A stretch of 38,503 nt of DNA from a bacterium. Its GTDB lineage: Bacteria; Margulisbacteria; Marinamargulisbacteria; GCA-2716485; JAYNIM01. The first letter of the stretch is position 1. Each line of letters begins with the position of its first letter. The DNA lies in NCBI GenBank assembly GCA_038109055.1, contig JAYNIM010000005.1, forward strand, positions 68,353 to 106,855, written 5' to 3'. A model generated the notes under the pieces. That model was not told the origin of the DNA. It made no database searches and saw only the letters and a list, made by a program, of their open reading frames with translations. Below are positions 1-9,870 of this stretch, piece after piece. Position numbers and translations under genes: made by a program.

Positions 1-144
1 TGCTGCTTGTGCTTGAGCTGTTGCTAGTACTTGGGCTGCTGCTAGTGCTTGAGCTACTGCTTGTGCTTGAGCTGCTGCTTGTGCTTGAGCTGCTGCTTGT
101 GCTTGAGCTGTTTCTTGTGCTTGGTCTGCTGCTTGTGCTAGAGC
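1..144 (-). repeat. 18-bp tandem repeat (consensus GCTCAAGCACAAGCAGCA = AQAQAA), at least 8 degenerate copies
   Basis: Visible directly; units ALAQAA, DQAQET, AQAQAA, AQAQAA, AQAQAV, AQALAA, AQVLAT, AQAQAA; runs off the window edge. Confidence 0.9.
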
Positions 145-330
145 TGCTGCTTGTTCTTCTAATTTTTCTCTTGCTAGTGCTCGGGCTATTTTTAATCGCT
201 GGGCTCTGAGATCTTCTATATTTTGGCTTGGGCATTTTCTTTTTAAACCAGGATTATTTTCCGATCTTTCTGTTGATTTAACCTGTGGTGTTTGTTGTTT
301 TGGTGGTGTTAGTTGTCCTGTATGGCTCAT
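1..330 (-). CDS. Hypothetical low-complexity Ala/Gln-repeat protein, 3' end beyond the window (absent from the ORF track)
   Basis: ATG at 330 preceded by AGAGGGA (SD-like); frame open to base 1: MSHTGQLTPPKQQTPQVKSTERSENNPGLKRKCPSQNIEDLRAQRLKIARALAREKLEEQAAALAQAADQAQETAQAQAAAQAQAAAQAQAVAQALAAAQVLATAQAQAA... Confidence 0.8.
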   Translation of the reverse strand, partial: MSHTGQLTPPKQQTPQVKSTERSENNPGLKRKCPSQNIEDLRAQRLKIARALAREKLEEQAAALAQAADQAQETAQAQAAAQAQAAAQAQAVAQALAAAQVLATAQAQAA

Positions 331-484
331 TATATTCCCTCTCTAATTTACGTGTTTTCGCAATTTTTTTCTGTGCAATCTTAGCAATTTATTTAACTTT
401 TAATCAACACTTTCCATAATTAAACCTCTATCTTGCAATTTAATGATTCGTACAGGTTTCTTAATCGAAGTAATAAAAAAACTA

Positions 485-493
485 TGTTACACT
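485..493 (+). promoter_or_regulatory. Putative extended -10 promoter for the cyclophilin gene
   Basis: TG-t-TACACT at 485-493, about 30 nt upstream of ATG 522. Confidence 0.4.
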
Positions 494-521
494 TATTCAA
501 AATAAAATTTTGGAGAATACT

Positions 522-1037
522 ATGTCTAAAAATGCATTACATGCTGTCATAAAAACTGATAAAGGAGACATTAACTTACATTTATTTGAACAAGAAACGC
601 CCTTAACTGTGGCTAATTTTGTTCACTTGGCTGAAAAAGGTTTTTATAATGGGTTAAAATTTCATCGTGTGATTGATGATTTTATGATTCAAGGTGGCTG
701 CCCTCACGGAACAGGTACAGGTGGGCCAGGTTATACCTTCGAAGATGAATGTAAACCTCATATTAAACACGACAAACCAGGTAAACTATCCATGGCAAAT
801 TCTGGACCTAATACGAATGGCAGCCAGTTTTTTATAACCCATGTTGAAACTCCTTGGTTGGATGGAAAACACACTGTTTTTGGTGAAGTAGCAAGCCAAG
901 ATGATCAAGACATTGTTGATCAAGTTGCTCAAGAAGATACCATTACATCTATCACGATTAAAGGTGATACGAGCAGTATTAAAGAAGAACTGGGGGCTGT
1001 GATGACGGCTTGGTCTGATATGATGACCAAGGATTAA
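522..1037 (+). CDS. Cyclophilin-type peptidyl-prolyl cis-trans isomerase
   Basis: Motifs [43 protein letters not shown] 522 follows GGAG (ORF track start 510). Confidence 0.95.
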   Translation: MSKNALHAVIKTDKGDINLHLFEQETPLTVANFVHLAEKGFYNGLKFHRVIDDFMIQGGCPHGTGTGGPGYTFEDECKPHIKHDKPGKLSMANSGPNTNGSQFFITHVETPWLDGKHTVFGEVASQDDQDIVDQVAQEDTITSITIKGDTSSIKEELGAVMTAWSDMMTKD

Positions 1038-1097
1038 CCCCCACTGGTTATCCTCTCTTATTACTCATCTCTATCCTCATAGTCAAAGGGATTCCTT

Positions 1098-2525
1098 TTA
1101 ATCTGATATTGTTCGCTTATAATCATCTTCTAAGCGTTCAATATCATCTTCACCTAAATAGTCCCCAAACTGTACTTCGATGATTTTGACAGGGGCACTG
1201 CCTTGATTTGATAAACGATGAATGGCTCCTAACGGGATATCTATACTTTGGCCCACTGACAGTTGTTGTGTTTGTTGCTCAACTTGGACTGTTGCGTCAC
1301 CCGCAATGACCACCCAATGTTCTTTTCGATGCTGATGTTTCTGTAAAGATAAACGTTTGCCTGGCTGAACCGTTATTTCTTTGACCTTAATACTGGACTC
1401 GTTTTTGATCACCCGAAAACTGCCCCAGGGTCGTTTTTCGACGGGACTTTCATTGAATAATTCGGGGTTTTTCTCACTTTTTTTAGTCACTAAGGTTTGT
1501 ATACCAGCTGAACAGCCTCTTTTACTAACCAATAGCGCATCTGGCGTATCGGCAATAATTAACTCTGATACCCCAACTGCTGCAACATAACGATCCTGAC
1601 TGTAGATATAATTATTTTGTGCGTCTTGCACATAAATATTTTGCCCTTTTGAATTCCCATATTGATCTGTTTCTGTTAAATGTTGCAGCTGCTCAAATTG
1701 GCCTAAATCGCGCCAGTCTATCTTGGAGGCTAGCATCATGAGATTTTGGCTTTTTTCCATCACTGCCACGTCTATACTTACTGCTTGTAATGCCTGCATT
1801 TTGTCGGCCGTATACTGCCAACAATTCTCTTTTTTTGAGACGTGTTGATGCAGAGATTTAGCCCCCTTTAATAACTGAGGGGCGTGTTGCTGCAACTCGT
1901 TGAGAAATACCCCTGCTTTGAAACAAAACATTCCACTGTTCCAAAAATACTGACCAGATGTAAGGTAGTGTTGGGCCGTTTTTTTGTTTGGTTTTTCATG
2001 AAATTTTTCTACCTTATAACAGTGTATGTCTTGTTGTTGTTTATAGGGTTTCCCACGTTGAATATAGCCATACTGTGTATTGGGGCTGTCTGGTGTAATC
2101 CCGATGGTTAATAAGGCATTGTCTTGTGCAATGTCTATAGCATAGCTTAACTCGTCGCTATAGCGTTGGTTATCGGCTATCCAATGGTCAGCAGGCGTTA
2201 CCCATAAAATATCCTCTGGATCTGCTGCCAATGCTGCTAGGGTGACAGAAGTAGCTGTATTTTTGGCTATCCCTTCCAATAAAAACAGTGTCTCTCTTTG
2301 CTTGCCTGAATCACAGTTATAACATGCGCCTTGTGCCAATGCCGCGTGCGCTACATTGGTCACAATCATGCGCTTATCACAGTGTTTTGTATTGCGGTTT
2401 AAGGTTAAATTAAATAGTGTTTCATCATTCTGCAAAGGGATAAACGGTTTGGGATATTGAGCTCGAGAAATTGGCCATAAGCGTTTGCCAAACCCGCCAC
2501 ATAACACGACATGTATTGTTGCCAT
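1098..2525 (-). CDS. manC: Mannose-1-phosphate guanylyltransferase / mannose-6-phosphate isomerase
   Basis: LCGGFGKRLWPISR..PKPF, PADH, FHEKP, WNSGMF, SIDVAVMEK; C-terminal cupin RPWG..LSLQKHQHRKEHW..IEVQFGDYLGEDDIER. Confidence 0.93.
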   Translation of the reverse strand: MATIHVVLCGGFGKRLWPISRAQYPKPFIPLQNDETLFNLTLNRNTKHCDKRMIVTNVAHAALAQGACYNCDSGKQRETLFLLEGIAKNTATSVTLAALAADPEDILWVTPADHWIADNQRYSDELSYAIDIAQDNALLTIGITPDSPNTQYGYIQRGKPYKQQQDIHCYKVEKFHEKPNKKTAQHYLTSGQYFWNSGMFCFKAGVFLNELQQHAPQLLKGAKSLHQHVSKKENCWQYTADKMQALQAVSIDVAVMEKSQNLMMLASKIDWRDLGQFEQLQHLTETDQYGNSKGQNIYVQDAQNNYIYSQDRYVAAVGVSELIIADTPDALLVSKRGCSAGIQTLVTKKSEKNPELFNESPVEKRPWGSFRVIKNESSIKVKEITVQPGKRLSLQKHQHRKEHWVVIAGDATVQVEQQTQQLSVGQSIDIPLGAIHRLSNQGSAPVKIIEVQFGDYLGEDDIERLEDDYKRTISD

Positions 2526-2532
2526 AAAATTT

Positions 2533-2561
2533 AGTGTATAGAAGTTCGAATTATCTGTAAA
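2533..2561 (-). promoter_or_regulatory. sigma70-like promoter for manC (probably leaderless)
   Basis: TTTACA-17 bp-TACACT; -10 ends 7 nt before ATG 2525. Confidence 0.55.
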
Positions 2562-4469
2562 TCAGCTCTTTACGAGTGTATTACTACGAATCAACTCTGC
2601 GACTGACCAGGCTTGATGGATACTGCCGCGAGGGTGGTGTGGTTCTGCAGCATCAAAAATTTCGGGAAGCAATCCGCTTTGTTGCTTTGTTGCAATCGTT
2701 TCTAAGCGTTGAATGCTTTGTTTGGCGTTGCTTAGGTACAAAGGCTGATATTTCTTGACAGCTTCTGTATAAAACCCTAACAACCAGGGCCATACAGTCC
2801 CGTTGTGATAGGCATTATCCCGAGTCTCCTGATCTCCTTCGTATCGTGCTTTATATAGGGGGTCAGAAGGCGCTAAGGTACGTAAGCCAAAGGGTGTCCA
2901 CAAATGATTTGTCACTAATTCTAAGGCTTTCTTTGCTTTCTTTTCATCCACTGGTACCAAGGCCATTGCGATACATTGATTTGGACGTAATTTTAAACTC
3001 GCCTTCTTTTTATCATGAATAGGAAACAAACAATCTGCAAAAAAACCTTCTTGCTCAAGCCAGAAACGTTGCTCAAAATGTTCTCTAAATTTTTTAATAT
3101 CGTCAAATAATTCGTCGTAGCTTTTATCAAAACGAGGCGCTAGCAAAGCTAAAAATGACAACAAGTGATACCACAGTGCATTCACCTCAATGGGATACCC
3201 ATAACGTGGGGTTACTGGCTGATCGCCTACTTTGGCGTCCATCCATGTTAATTGCGTGCTACTATCTCCACTATGCAATAACCCTTCTCTGTCACAAAAA
3301 CTATGATAGACCGTCCCTTTTTTTAAATGCTGGTAAATAGATTCTAAGGCTGACCATAAATGTGTGTATATAAAGGTCTCATCTTGGCTATACTCCCAAT
3401 ATTTTGAGACAGCCCATGCAAACCATAAGGTTGCATCTATGGCGTTGTAACTTAAGGCATTCCCTTGCGAATCTAAGGTATTCGGAATAAGTCCATCTTT
3501 GAGTTTTTGGGCATAACTTTTTAAGACAGTTTTAGCAATGCTAAATCGCTGAGTTTCTAATAGTAATCCAGGTAAGGCAATCATGCTATCTCGTCCCCAA
3601 CAGGCAAACCAAGGAAAGCCTGCAAGGATGTCGGCTTTTTTCGTCTTTTGAAAAATAAAATGTCGTGCGGACCAGGTTAAATATTGCGCATTGTTTTTTT
3701 TATCTTCATTGAACTGGCGTTGTTTTTCTTTTCGTACTCTGGTGACATGTGAAAACCCGTTGAAGGTCGCCATTTGGGTGCTCACTGCCATATGTACGGT
3801 GTTTTTTTCCGTTAATTCTACCTTAAATGTGCCATAAGAAAATAGATCTTCTGTGCAGGGATAGCCGCGTTGTTCTTCGATGCTGTAATACACGTCATTG
3901 TGCCATTGAAAAGCTGGTTGGAATGTATTGTGTTGGTTAAGCTTAAAGCTTAACTCTGGCATGCTGTCATAAGGTCTGACTGTTGTGCAGTGATCATGAA
4001 AATTGAGGCTCGGATTTACATAGTTATTTTTTTGGCTTAGGCTGTGAATATTTCTATATGCGAATATCGGACGAAGATGCAATGTCAGCGCTTTTGTTTC
4101 ATCGACTAATTTACACGAAATTAAAAGCGTGGGATGTTCAGGCATTAAGGTGATGTCTAGCTGCAAGCGAGCATCTTTGTTCGGGGCTAAGATGATTTTG
4201 GGCCATGGACTGGCTTCGAAGCTACTCATAGTCGTCGCCCCCCTATTTTCTGTCCCTTTTGTTGTCAACTCTGTAAGTTGATAAGACCCTTGTTCTGTCT
4301 CTGCAATGATTTCGATATGTGATAGTAACACGCAGCGTTCTTCGCCTATCGGAACAATCAGTAGGCCATGGTATTTGCGGCTGTGGGTTAGATTGTATGT
4401 GCTTGAGCAGTACAAGGCATGTGTATTTGTTTCTAAAAATTCACTTTCAAGAGACCTTACACCTACCAT
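2562..4469 (-). CDS. Amylo-alpha-1,6-glucosidase / glycogen debranching enzyme (GDE_N + GDE_C type)
   Basis: RKYHGLL, AGFPWF..WGRDSMIALPGL, TWMDAK..TPR.G.PIEVNALWY, LRPNQ, TPFGLRTL, AYHNGTVWPWLLG, QAWSVAE. Confidence 0.9.
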   Translation of the reverse strand: MVGVRSLESEFLETNTHALYCSSTYNLTHSRKYHGLLIVPIGEERCVLLSHIEIIAETEQGSYQLTELTTKGTENRGATTMSSFEASPWPKIILAPNKDARLQLDITLMPEHPTLLISCKLVDETKALTLHLRPIFAYRNIHSLSQKNNYVNPSLNFHDHCTTVRPYDSMPELSFKLNQHNTFQPAFQWHNDVYYSIEEQRGYPCTEDLFSYGTFKVELTEKNTVHMAVSTQMATFNGFSHVTRVRKEKQRQFNEDKKNNAQYLTWSARHFIFQKTKKADILAGFPWFACWGRDSMIALPGLLLETQRFSIAKTVLKSYAQKLKDGLIPNTLDSQGNALSYNAIDATLWFAWAVSKYWEYSQDETFIYTHLWSALESIYQHLKKGTVYHSFCDREGLLHSGDSSTQLTWMDAKVGDQPVTPRYGYPIEVNALWYHLLSFLALLAPRFDKSYDELFDDIKKFREHFEQRFWLEQEGFFADCLFPIHDKKKASLKLRPNQCIAMALVPVDEKKAKKALELVTNHLWTPFGLRTLAPSDPLYKARYEGDQETRDNAYHNGTVWPWLLGFYTEAVKKYQPLYLSNAKQSIQRLETIATKQQSGLLPEIFDAAEPHHPRGSIHQAWSVAELIRSNTLVKS

Positions 4470-4478
4470 GTTTCTATA

Positions 4479-6257
4479 TTAAAACAGTTGATGGTAGATA
4501 AAATAGGTGAGCATCGCTAAAAACGCGAGTGCTGGCAATGACACTGATAGGTGATTGTTTTTGACACGCTTATAAACAATTTCTTTTGCTTTTTCATTAT
4601 CTAGGTACAGTGGCTTTAATACCGCCCAGGTTAAGATAGCCGGTGCTTGCTGGCTAAAATCTGCACATGTTTTTACTCCCTTTTTAACCACTAAGTGATC
4701 TATAAAGCTATTAAGGCCATTTAACGTTTTATCTAAACACCCATATAAAAATCGTCCTCCTTTGCGATACACCCAATCAAAATCTAATGATAGGGTATTT
4801 GTTTTTTTAAATAATGGCAAAAATAAGAAGAATAATAAAATAGAAAAGAAGAGTAATTGCATACGAACAACCACATGTGAAAAATGATGGATATATATCT
4901 CATAAAATTGAGAAGGAAGTGTCTTTAAGACAATATCTGAATAAGGTAAAAGATCATATAACTTTTTCGGGAAGCAGCCAATATAAATACATAATGACGC
5001 TAAGATTCCCATGGCTATTAACATTGTTTTTGGGGCTTCTTTGCTTTTGACTGATTTATTTTCTCCAAAAAAAATAAAATAGGGGAATTTAATCCCTGCA
5101 ATAATAAACACTGCTGCAGAGGTTCCCTCTAATATCAACCATGGAACAAATAAATGTGCTTTTTCTGTTGCAATAATAATTAAGGTTTTAGAGACAAAGC
5201 CAGATGTAAAAGGAGCGGCAATCGCTAAGGCACCTATAAACCCAAATAATAAGGTAAAAGGCATTGCCTTGTACAGTCCACCTAAATCCGTAAATCGATG
5301 TTTACCTGTCTGATGAATGACGGCTCCTGCAGACATCCATAACAAGCCTTTGTATATGATATGGCAAAAAGCATGTGCGACGGCTCCGGCTAATGCTAAT
5401 TTACTCCCTATTCCAACTGCACAGACCATAAAACCTACTTGATTTACGATGCTGTAAGCTAAGACACGTCGGATATCATTTTCTAATAAAGCATATATGA
5501 TTCCATAAATTGCCATCAAGCATCCAATCGCTATTAATATCTCCCATCCAGCAAAGCCTCTTATTAAGGTATAAACAGCTGTTTTGGAGGTATATGCACT
5601 TAAAATTACCCCGCCCATTACCGTGGATTCTGGATACGCATCTGGTAACCAGGTTGAAAAAGGGACAGCGGCAGCATTTATTAAAAACCCAACTAGAATT
5701 AAGCTGGTTGCCATCGTGACTGTCTCAAAGCCATTAAATGCCAAAGATCCTGTTTGAACAGCGTAAAGTATTATGCCTGCTAATAGAACTAACCCACCAA
5801 AAATATGAACAAGTAAATATCGATATCCTGCTTTAGACGCGTGTTTTCCCGTTCCCATAAAAATTAATACGGCAGAACCGATCGCCATCACTTCCCAAAA
5901 TAAGTATAACGATAGTAAATCACCTGCGAATACGACCCCTAAGGCAGACCCAATATAGAGCAATGCGGCCATAAATTCATAGGGTTTCTTGATATGATAA
6001 CCAAATACAAACGCGGCAAAAGAGCTCAAGCAAAAAATATAGCCAAACGCCTTACTCAACTTATCTATTCGTAATAAGGAAAGGTCAATATTTAAAAATG
6101 GTAGTGTAAATGTTAATGAATCTGATAATTGAGAAATCACATAAAAAACACCTAAGGGAAGTCCCACAACGATGATATTTCTAAGTCGCTTTGGTAAAAA
6201 AGGGAGTATAATTGCCGCAAAAATAAAATAAAACGCTGGAGGCAAACTAAGCATCAT
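4479..6257 (-). CDS. Mrp-type cation/H+ antiporter subunit D-like (third copy, long form)
   Basis: Polytopic membrane protein with FWEVMA, WLPDAYP, RRVLAYS, HAFCHIIYKGLL, DLGGLYK motifs of the NuoL/M/N-MrpA/D family. Confidence 0.85.
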   Translation of the reverse strand: MMLSLPPAFYFIFAAIILPFLPKRLRNIIVVGLPLGVFYVISQLSDSLTFTLPFLNIDLSLLRIDKLSKAFGYIFCLSSFAAFVFGYHIKKPYEFMAALLYIGSALGVVFAGDLLSLYLFWEVMAIGSAVLIFMGTGKHASKAGYRYLLVHIFGGLVLLAGIILYAVQTGSLAFNGFETVTMATSLILVGFLINAAAVPFSTWLPDAYPESTVMGGVILSAYTSKTAVYTLIRGFAGWEILIAIGCLMAIYGIIYALLENDIRRVLAYSIVNQVGFMVCAVGIGSKLALAGAVAHAFCHIIYKGLLWMSAGAVIHQTGKHRFTDLGGLYKAMPFTLLFGFIGALAIAAPFTSGFVSKTLIIIATEKAHLFVPWLILEGTSAAVFIIAGIKFPYFIFFGENKSVKSKEAPKTMLIAMGILASLCIYIGCFPKKLYDLLPYSDIVLKTLPSQFYEIYIHHFSHVVVRMQLLFFSILLFFLFLPLFKKTNTLSLDFDWVYRKGGRFLYGCLDKTLNGLNSFIDHLVVKKGVKTCADFSQQAPAILTWAVLKPLYLDNEKAKEIVYKRVKNNHLSVSLPALAFLAMLTYFIYHQLF

Positions 6258-6519
6258 AATAATCCTCTGATTTCTTTACAACCAATCCTAGTAACTTTGC
6301 TAGTAAAATAAATAGTAAACAACTTGCAAAGCCTAAGACTGCGAAAAAACCAAACATGCCATCTATGCCTTGCGCGCCAAAATGGCTTTTTCTGTGCACA
6401 AAAAATTCTAAACCGAGAGATAACAAACAGCCTATCCAAAGATAGCGCCACAACATTTTTTTTGTTGTTTCTCTATTAAAATACCCCTGGTTCCTTTTTT
6501 TGTCTGTTGTTTTTGTCAT
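6247..6519 (-). CDS. Small two-TM membrane protein of the Mrp operon
   Basis: Two hydrophobic segments; overlaps the downstream subunit start; ends in EDYY motif. Confidence 0.8.
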   Translation of the reverse strand: MTKTTDKKRNQGYFNRETTKKMLWRYLWIGCLLSLGLEFFVHRKSHFGAQGIDGMFGFFAVLGFASCLLFILLAKLLGLVVKKSEDYYDA

Positions 6520-6528
6520 TTCTTTCTC

Positions 6529-8007
6529 TTATTGATGTACCCCCCACTGTAGCATAAGATCCGCTAAGCTATTAAACACACTCGGGTAAAGAAATAACGT
6601 AATCGAACAAATTGCCGTAATAACAGGTGGAAGCATTGCCAATAACGGAGCTTCTTTGATGCCTGTATTTGTCTCATCATCTGGTTTAAGAAAGAAGGCT
6701 TTATAAATAATTGGAAAAAAATAAGCAGCGTTTAAAAAAGAAGAAGTTAATAACACAAGCATCACCCACATATACTGTGCCTCTAATGCCCCTACAATTA
6801 AATATATTTTGCTTAAAAAGCCTCCTAGGGGAGGAAACCCAATGATGCTTAACGCAGCTAAGGTAAATGCGGCCATTGTAAAGGGCATTTTTCGCCCAAT
6901 TCCTTTCATTTGACTAATATATTTTTTACCTGTTGCTACAAAAATTGCGCCTGCACAAAAGAACAAGGTAATTTTACCAAAGGCATGCATCACAATATGT
7001 AACATTGAGCCTTTTAGGCCAGACGCTGATAACAAAGCAACGCCTAGAATAATATACGAAAGCTGTCCGATGGTTGAAAAAGCCAATAATCGTTTCAAAT
7101 TATCCTGTGACAAGGCAATGAGCGACGAGACCAGTATGGTAATAGAGGCTAAAATGCATAAAATCAAGGGCAATTGTGTTAGTTGCAACATACTGACGCC
7201 AAAAATACCTGTCATCACTCTAAAAATGCAAAACACGCCTACTTTGACGACCGCTACGGCATGCAAGAGAGCGGATACGGGTGTTGGGGCAACCATAGCC
7301 CCTGGTAGCCATGAGTGAAAGGGCATAATCCCTGATTTTGCAAAACCAAAAATAAATAAAAAGAAGAGAAGGGTTACCACGCTTAAAGATGGCATTGTGC
7401 TAAACACGCCATTTGCTGAAAAATCTAATGTTCCGCCTAGTACATAGCTTAAGATCATCGCAGGTAATAAAAATCCAATCGATGTGCCTAATAAATAGCT
7501 AAGATATTTTCGTCCGCCACCGCGAGCTTCTTTGTCTTGATGATGTGTGACCAAGGGATAGGTAGACAAGGATAAGATTTCATAAAATACGTACATCGTA
7601 AATAAATTGGCAGCGAAAGCGACCCCAATGGTGGCTGATAATGCCAAGGCAAAAAAACAATAATATCGTGTTTGAGCATGTTCTTTGAGGGGGCGCATAT
7701 ACCCAACAGAGTACATAGATGTTAAGATCCATAATGAGCTGGCTACTATGGCAAACATCATGCCAAAGGCGTCTACTCTCAAGGCAATACTAAGGTTGGG
7801 CAAAAGATTTAATAAGGTGATTTTTAATACCTCACCCTTAAGTATCCAAGGCAACATATAGACAATACAGCCTAGTTTGCATAATCCAGCTACAAAGGTC
7901 CATGCTTCTCTTAAATTCGGAAAACGACCAGATATCGCAATCAGTCCACTAGCAATAAATGAAATCAATATTGGGTAGAGAGGCAATATACTTTGTGTTG
8001 TGATCAT
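6529..8007 (-). CDS. mrpD: Mrp-type antiporter subunit D family
   Basis: FYEILS, AKSGIMPFHSWLPGAMVAPTPVSALLHAVAVVK, KRLLAFST, HAFGKITLFF. Confidence 0.88.
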   Translation of the reverse strand: MITTQSILPLYPILISFIASGLIAISGRFPNLREAWTFVAGLCKLGCIVYMLPWILKGEVLKITLLNLLPNLSIALRVDAFGMMFAIVASSLWILTSMYSVGYMRPLKEHAQTRYYCFFALALSATIGVAFAANLFTMYVFYEILSLSTYPLVTHHQDKEARGGGRKYLSYLLGTSIGFLLPAMILSYVLGGTLDFSANGVFSTMPSLSVVTLLFFLFIFGFAKSGIMPFHSWLPGAMVAPTPVSALLHAVAVVKVGVFCIFRVMTGIFGVSMLQLTQLPLILCILASITILVSSLIALSQDNLKRLLAFSTIGQLSYIILGVALLSASGLKGSMLHIVMHAFGKITLFFCAGAIFVATGKKYISQMKGIGRKMPFTMAAFTLAALSIIGFPPLGGFLSKIYLIVGALEAQYMWVMLVLLTSSFLNAAYFFPIIYKAFFLKPDDETNTGIKEAPLLAMLPPVITAICSITLFLYPSVFNSLADLMLQWGVHQ

Positions 8008-8008
8008 A

Positions 8009-9505
8009 TCAATTCCCTAAAAACGGATTAATTGGCGCAATAAAATATTTCAGGATGTCTTGTGAATATAGGCCCAAGACCATCATACATATGATGACCA
8101 ATACCAACGGTAACAGCATCGATAAAGGGGCTTCACTTCTTTCTTGAGAATGACTATTTGGTGAAGAAAAAGACCCAAAATATGCATATTCAATAATTCT
8201 AAAAAATAACACGGCATTGATCAACGATGAAAATAACAACGCTATCATAAATAGGTAATGACCTGCTTGTAATGCACCTGAAATCAAATACCATTTGCTA
8301 AAAAATCCTGCTGTGGGAGGAATACCAATCATCGAACACGCCACAAAAATAAAGCAGGTCATTGTTATGGGCATTTTCTTAAATAACCCCGCCCATTTTC
8401 TGATATCTAGCGTGCCTTGCTTGTAATATATAGCTCCAGCTACCATAAACAATGCGGCTGTCATTAAGGCATCTGCGATTAAATGATAGGTCCCACCAAA
8501 AAAACCATTGGCGTTTCCCATAAAAATCCCTCCCATCATATAGCCAATTTCTGCCACAATTAAGTAACAGCATAATTTACGAAAATGTTGCTGCATCAAC
8601 GCGTATATTGAACCGACAACGATGGCGGCCACAGCTAAAACGATGACCGCATTTGATATATTTAATATATCAAATACATAAGAGACTGAAAAAATACTAA
8701 ATAAGACTCGAATCACTACGTATACTGACACTTTTGTCATTAATGGAGCAATTAAACAGCCTACGGCTGTTGGTGCTGATGCGTAAGCATTTGCTAACCA
8801 ACCGTGAGCTGGGAAAAATGCCATTTTAACAAACATCCCGCAGACCATCAGAATAAATGCAATAAAAATGGCAGCTGAATAGGGTTGTAATGTGATTTGA
8901 TAGGCTAAATCTGGCATATTTAAGGTTCCTGTTTGAATGAGTAAAAACCCTACACCTAATAAATAGAGACAGGCTCCGATGGTTCCAATAATTAGATAAT
9001 TAAAGGTGGCAAAAAAGGATTTTTTTTGCCCCAATGCCAGCAATGCGTAACTGCTTAAGGCTGCAATTTCTATTAAGACATATACATTAAACGCATCTCC
9101 TGTAATGGTAATACCCATTAAGCCAGTGACAAGAAATAAAAAAAGTGTATAAAAAAAATGTATTCGTTTACTAAGTTCTTTTTCAACAACCTTGACGCTA
9201 TAAATAGCTGTTAAAAATGCGACGACTGCAATTAATACAAGTACCATCCCATTAAGATGATCTACCACGTATTCGATACCAATAGGGGGAATCCACCCAC
9301 CTAAAAAATAATGTACAGGCCCTTTCTGTTGAACCTGAGATAATACCTGAATGGCGCAGATCAGGGATAGGCCTGTTCCTACAATCGTAATAGGGGCACA
9401 AAGTTTTTTATTAAAGCTCCCTATCCCAAAGGTTAAAAAGCCCGCAAACAAAGGGGCTAAAATGATTAGAATGGGTAATTGTAAGGTTAGTAATGTCTCT
9501 ATCAT
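8009..9505 (-). CDS. mrpD: Mrp-type antiporter subunit D family
   Basis: GGWIPPIGIEY, GDAFNVYVLIEI, KMAFFPAHGWL, GIPPTAGFFSKW. Confidence 0.88.
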   Translation of the reverse strand: MIETLLTLQLPILIILAPLFAGFLTFGIGSFNKKLCAPITIVGTGLSLICAIQVLSQVQQKGPVHYFLGGWIPPIGIEYVVDHLNGMVLVLIAVVAFLTAIYSVKVVEKELSKRIHFFYTLFLFLVTGLMGITITGDAFNVYVLIEIAALSSYALLALGQKKSFFATFNYLIIGTIGACLYLLGVGFLLIQTGTLNMPDLAYQITLQPYSAAIFIAFILMVCGMFVKMAFFPAHGWLANAYASAPTAVGCLIAPLMTKVSVYVVIRVLFSIFSVSYVFDILNISNAVIVLAVAAIVVGSIYALMQQHFRKLCCYLIVAEIGYMMGGIFMGNANGFFGGTYHLIADALMTAALFMVAGAIYYKQGTLDIRKWAGLFKKMPITMTCFIFVACSMIGIPPTAGFFSKWYLISGALQAGHYLFMIALLFSSLINAVLFFRIIEYAYFGSFSSPNSHSQERSEAPLSMLLPLVLVIICMMVLGLYSQDILKYFIAPINPFLGN

Positions 9506-9870
9506 TGATTTAGTATTTCATCCTCTTCAATGCTGCCATGAAAATTAAAGATACGCTGCACTAAACTTAGTGCCATGCCTAATGTAGCAACACCAACAAC
9601 AATAGCTGTCAGCATTAATATTTGTGTTAAAGGATTCGCATAATGACTTGCTTGAATAGCCTGATGAGCTACGTCATGGGCACCATATCCCTGCTGAATA
9701 ATAGGGATAGTTGCTCCTTTTTTCGCCCCCATTGAAATAAAAAACAGAATAATTCCTGTTTGAAAAATGGCCATACCTATACATTTTTTAATCAGATTTT
9801 TTTTAGATAACATTGCCCATAACCCAAGACAGAGAATTATTACCACAATAATATAGTTAAAATTTGCCAT
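9502..9870 (-). CDS. mrpC: Mrp antiporter subunit C
   Basis: NLIKK, NPLTQILMLTAIVVG (NuoK/MrpC family). Confidence 0.9.
   Translation of the reverse strand: MANFNYIIVVIILCLGLWAMLSKKNLIKKCIGMAIFQTGIILFFISMGAKKGATIPIIQQGYGAHDVAHQAIQASHYANPLTQILMLTAIVVGVATLGMALSLVQRIFNFHGSIEEDEILNQ

Noticed and set aside
1..144. Possible CRISPR array
   Set aside because: Contiguous in-frame 18-bp units with no unique spacers and no cas genes.
9..209. Poly-Leu 66-aa ORF on the + strand
   Set aside because: Antisense shadow of the AQAQAA repeat; the - strand frame has ATG, SD and a more natural composition.
1086..1099. Intrinsic terminator between the cyclophilin gene and manC
   Set aside because: Only a weak 5-bp stem (AAAGG-GATT-CCTTT); insufficient support.
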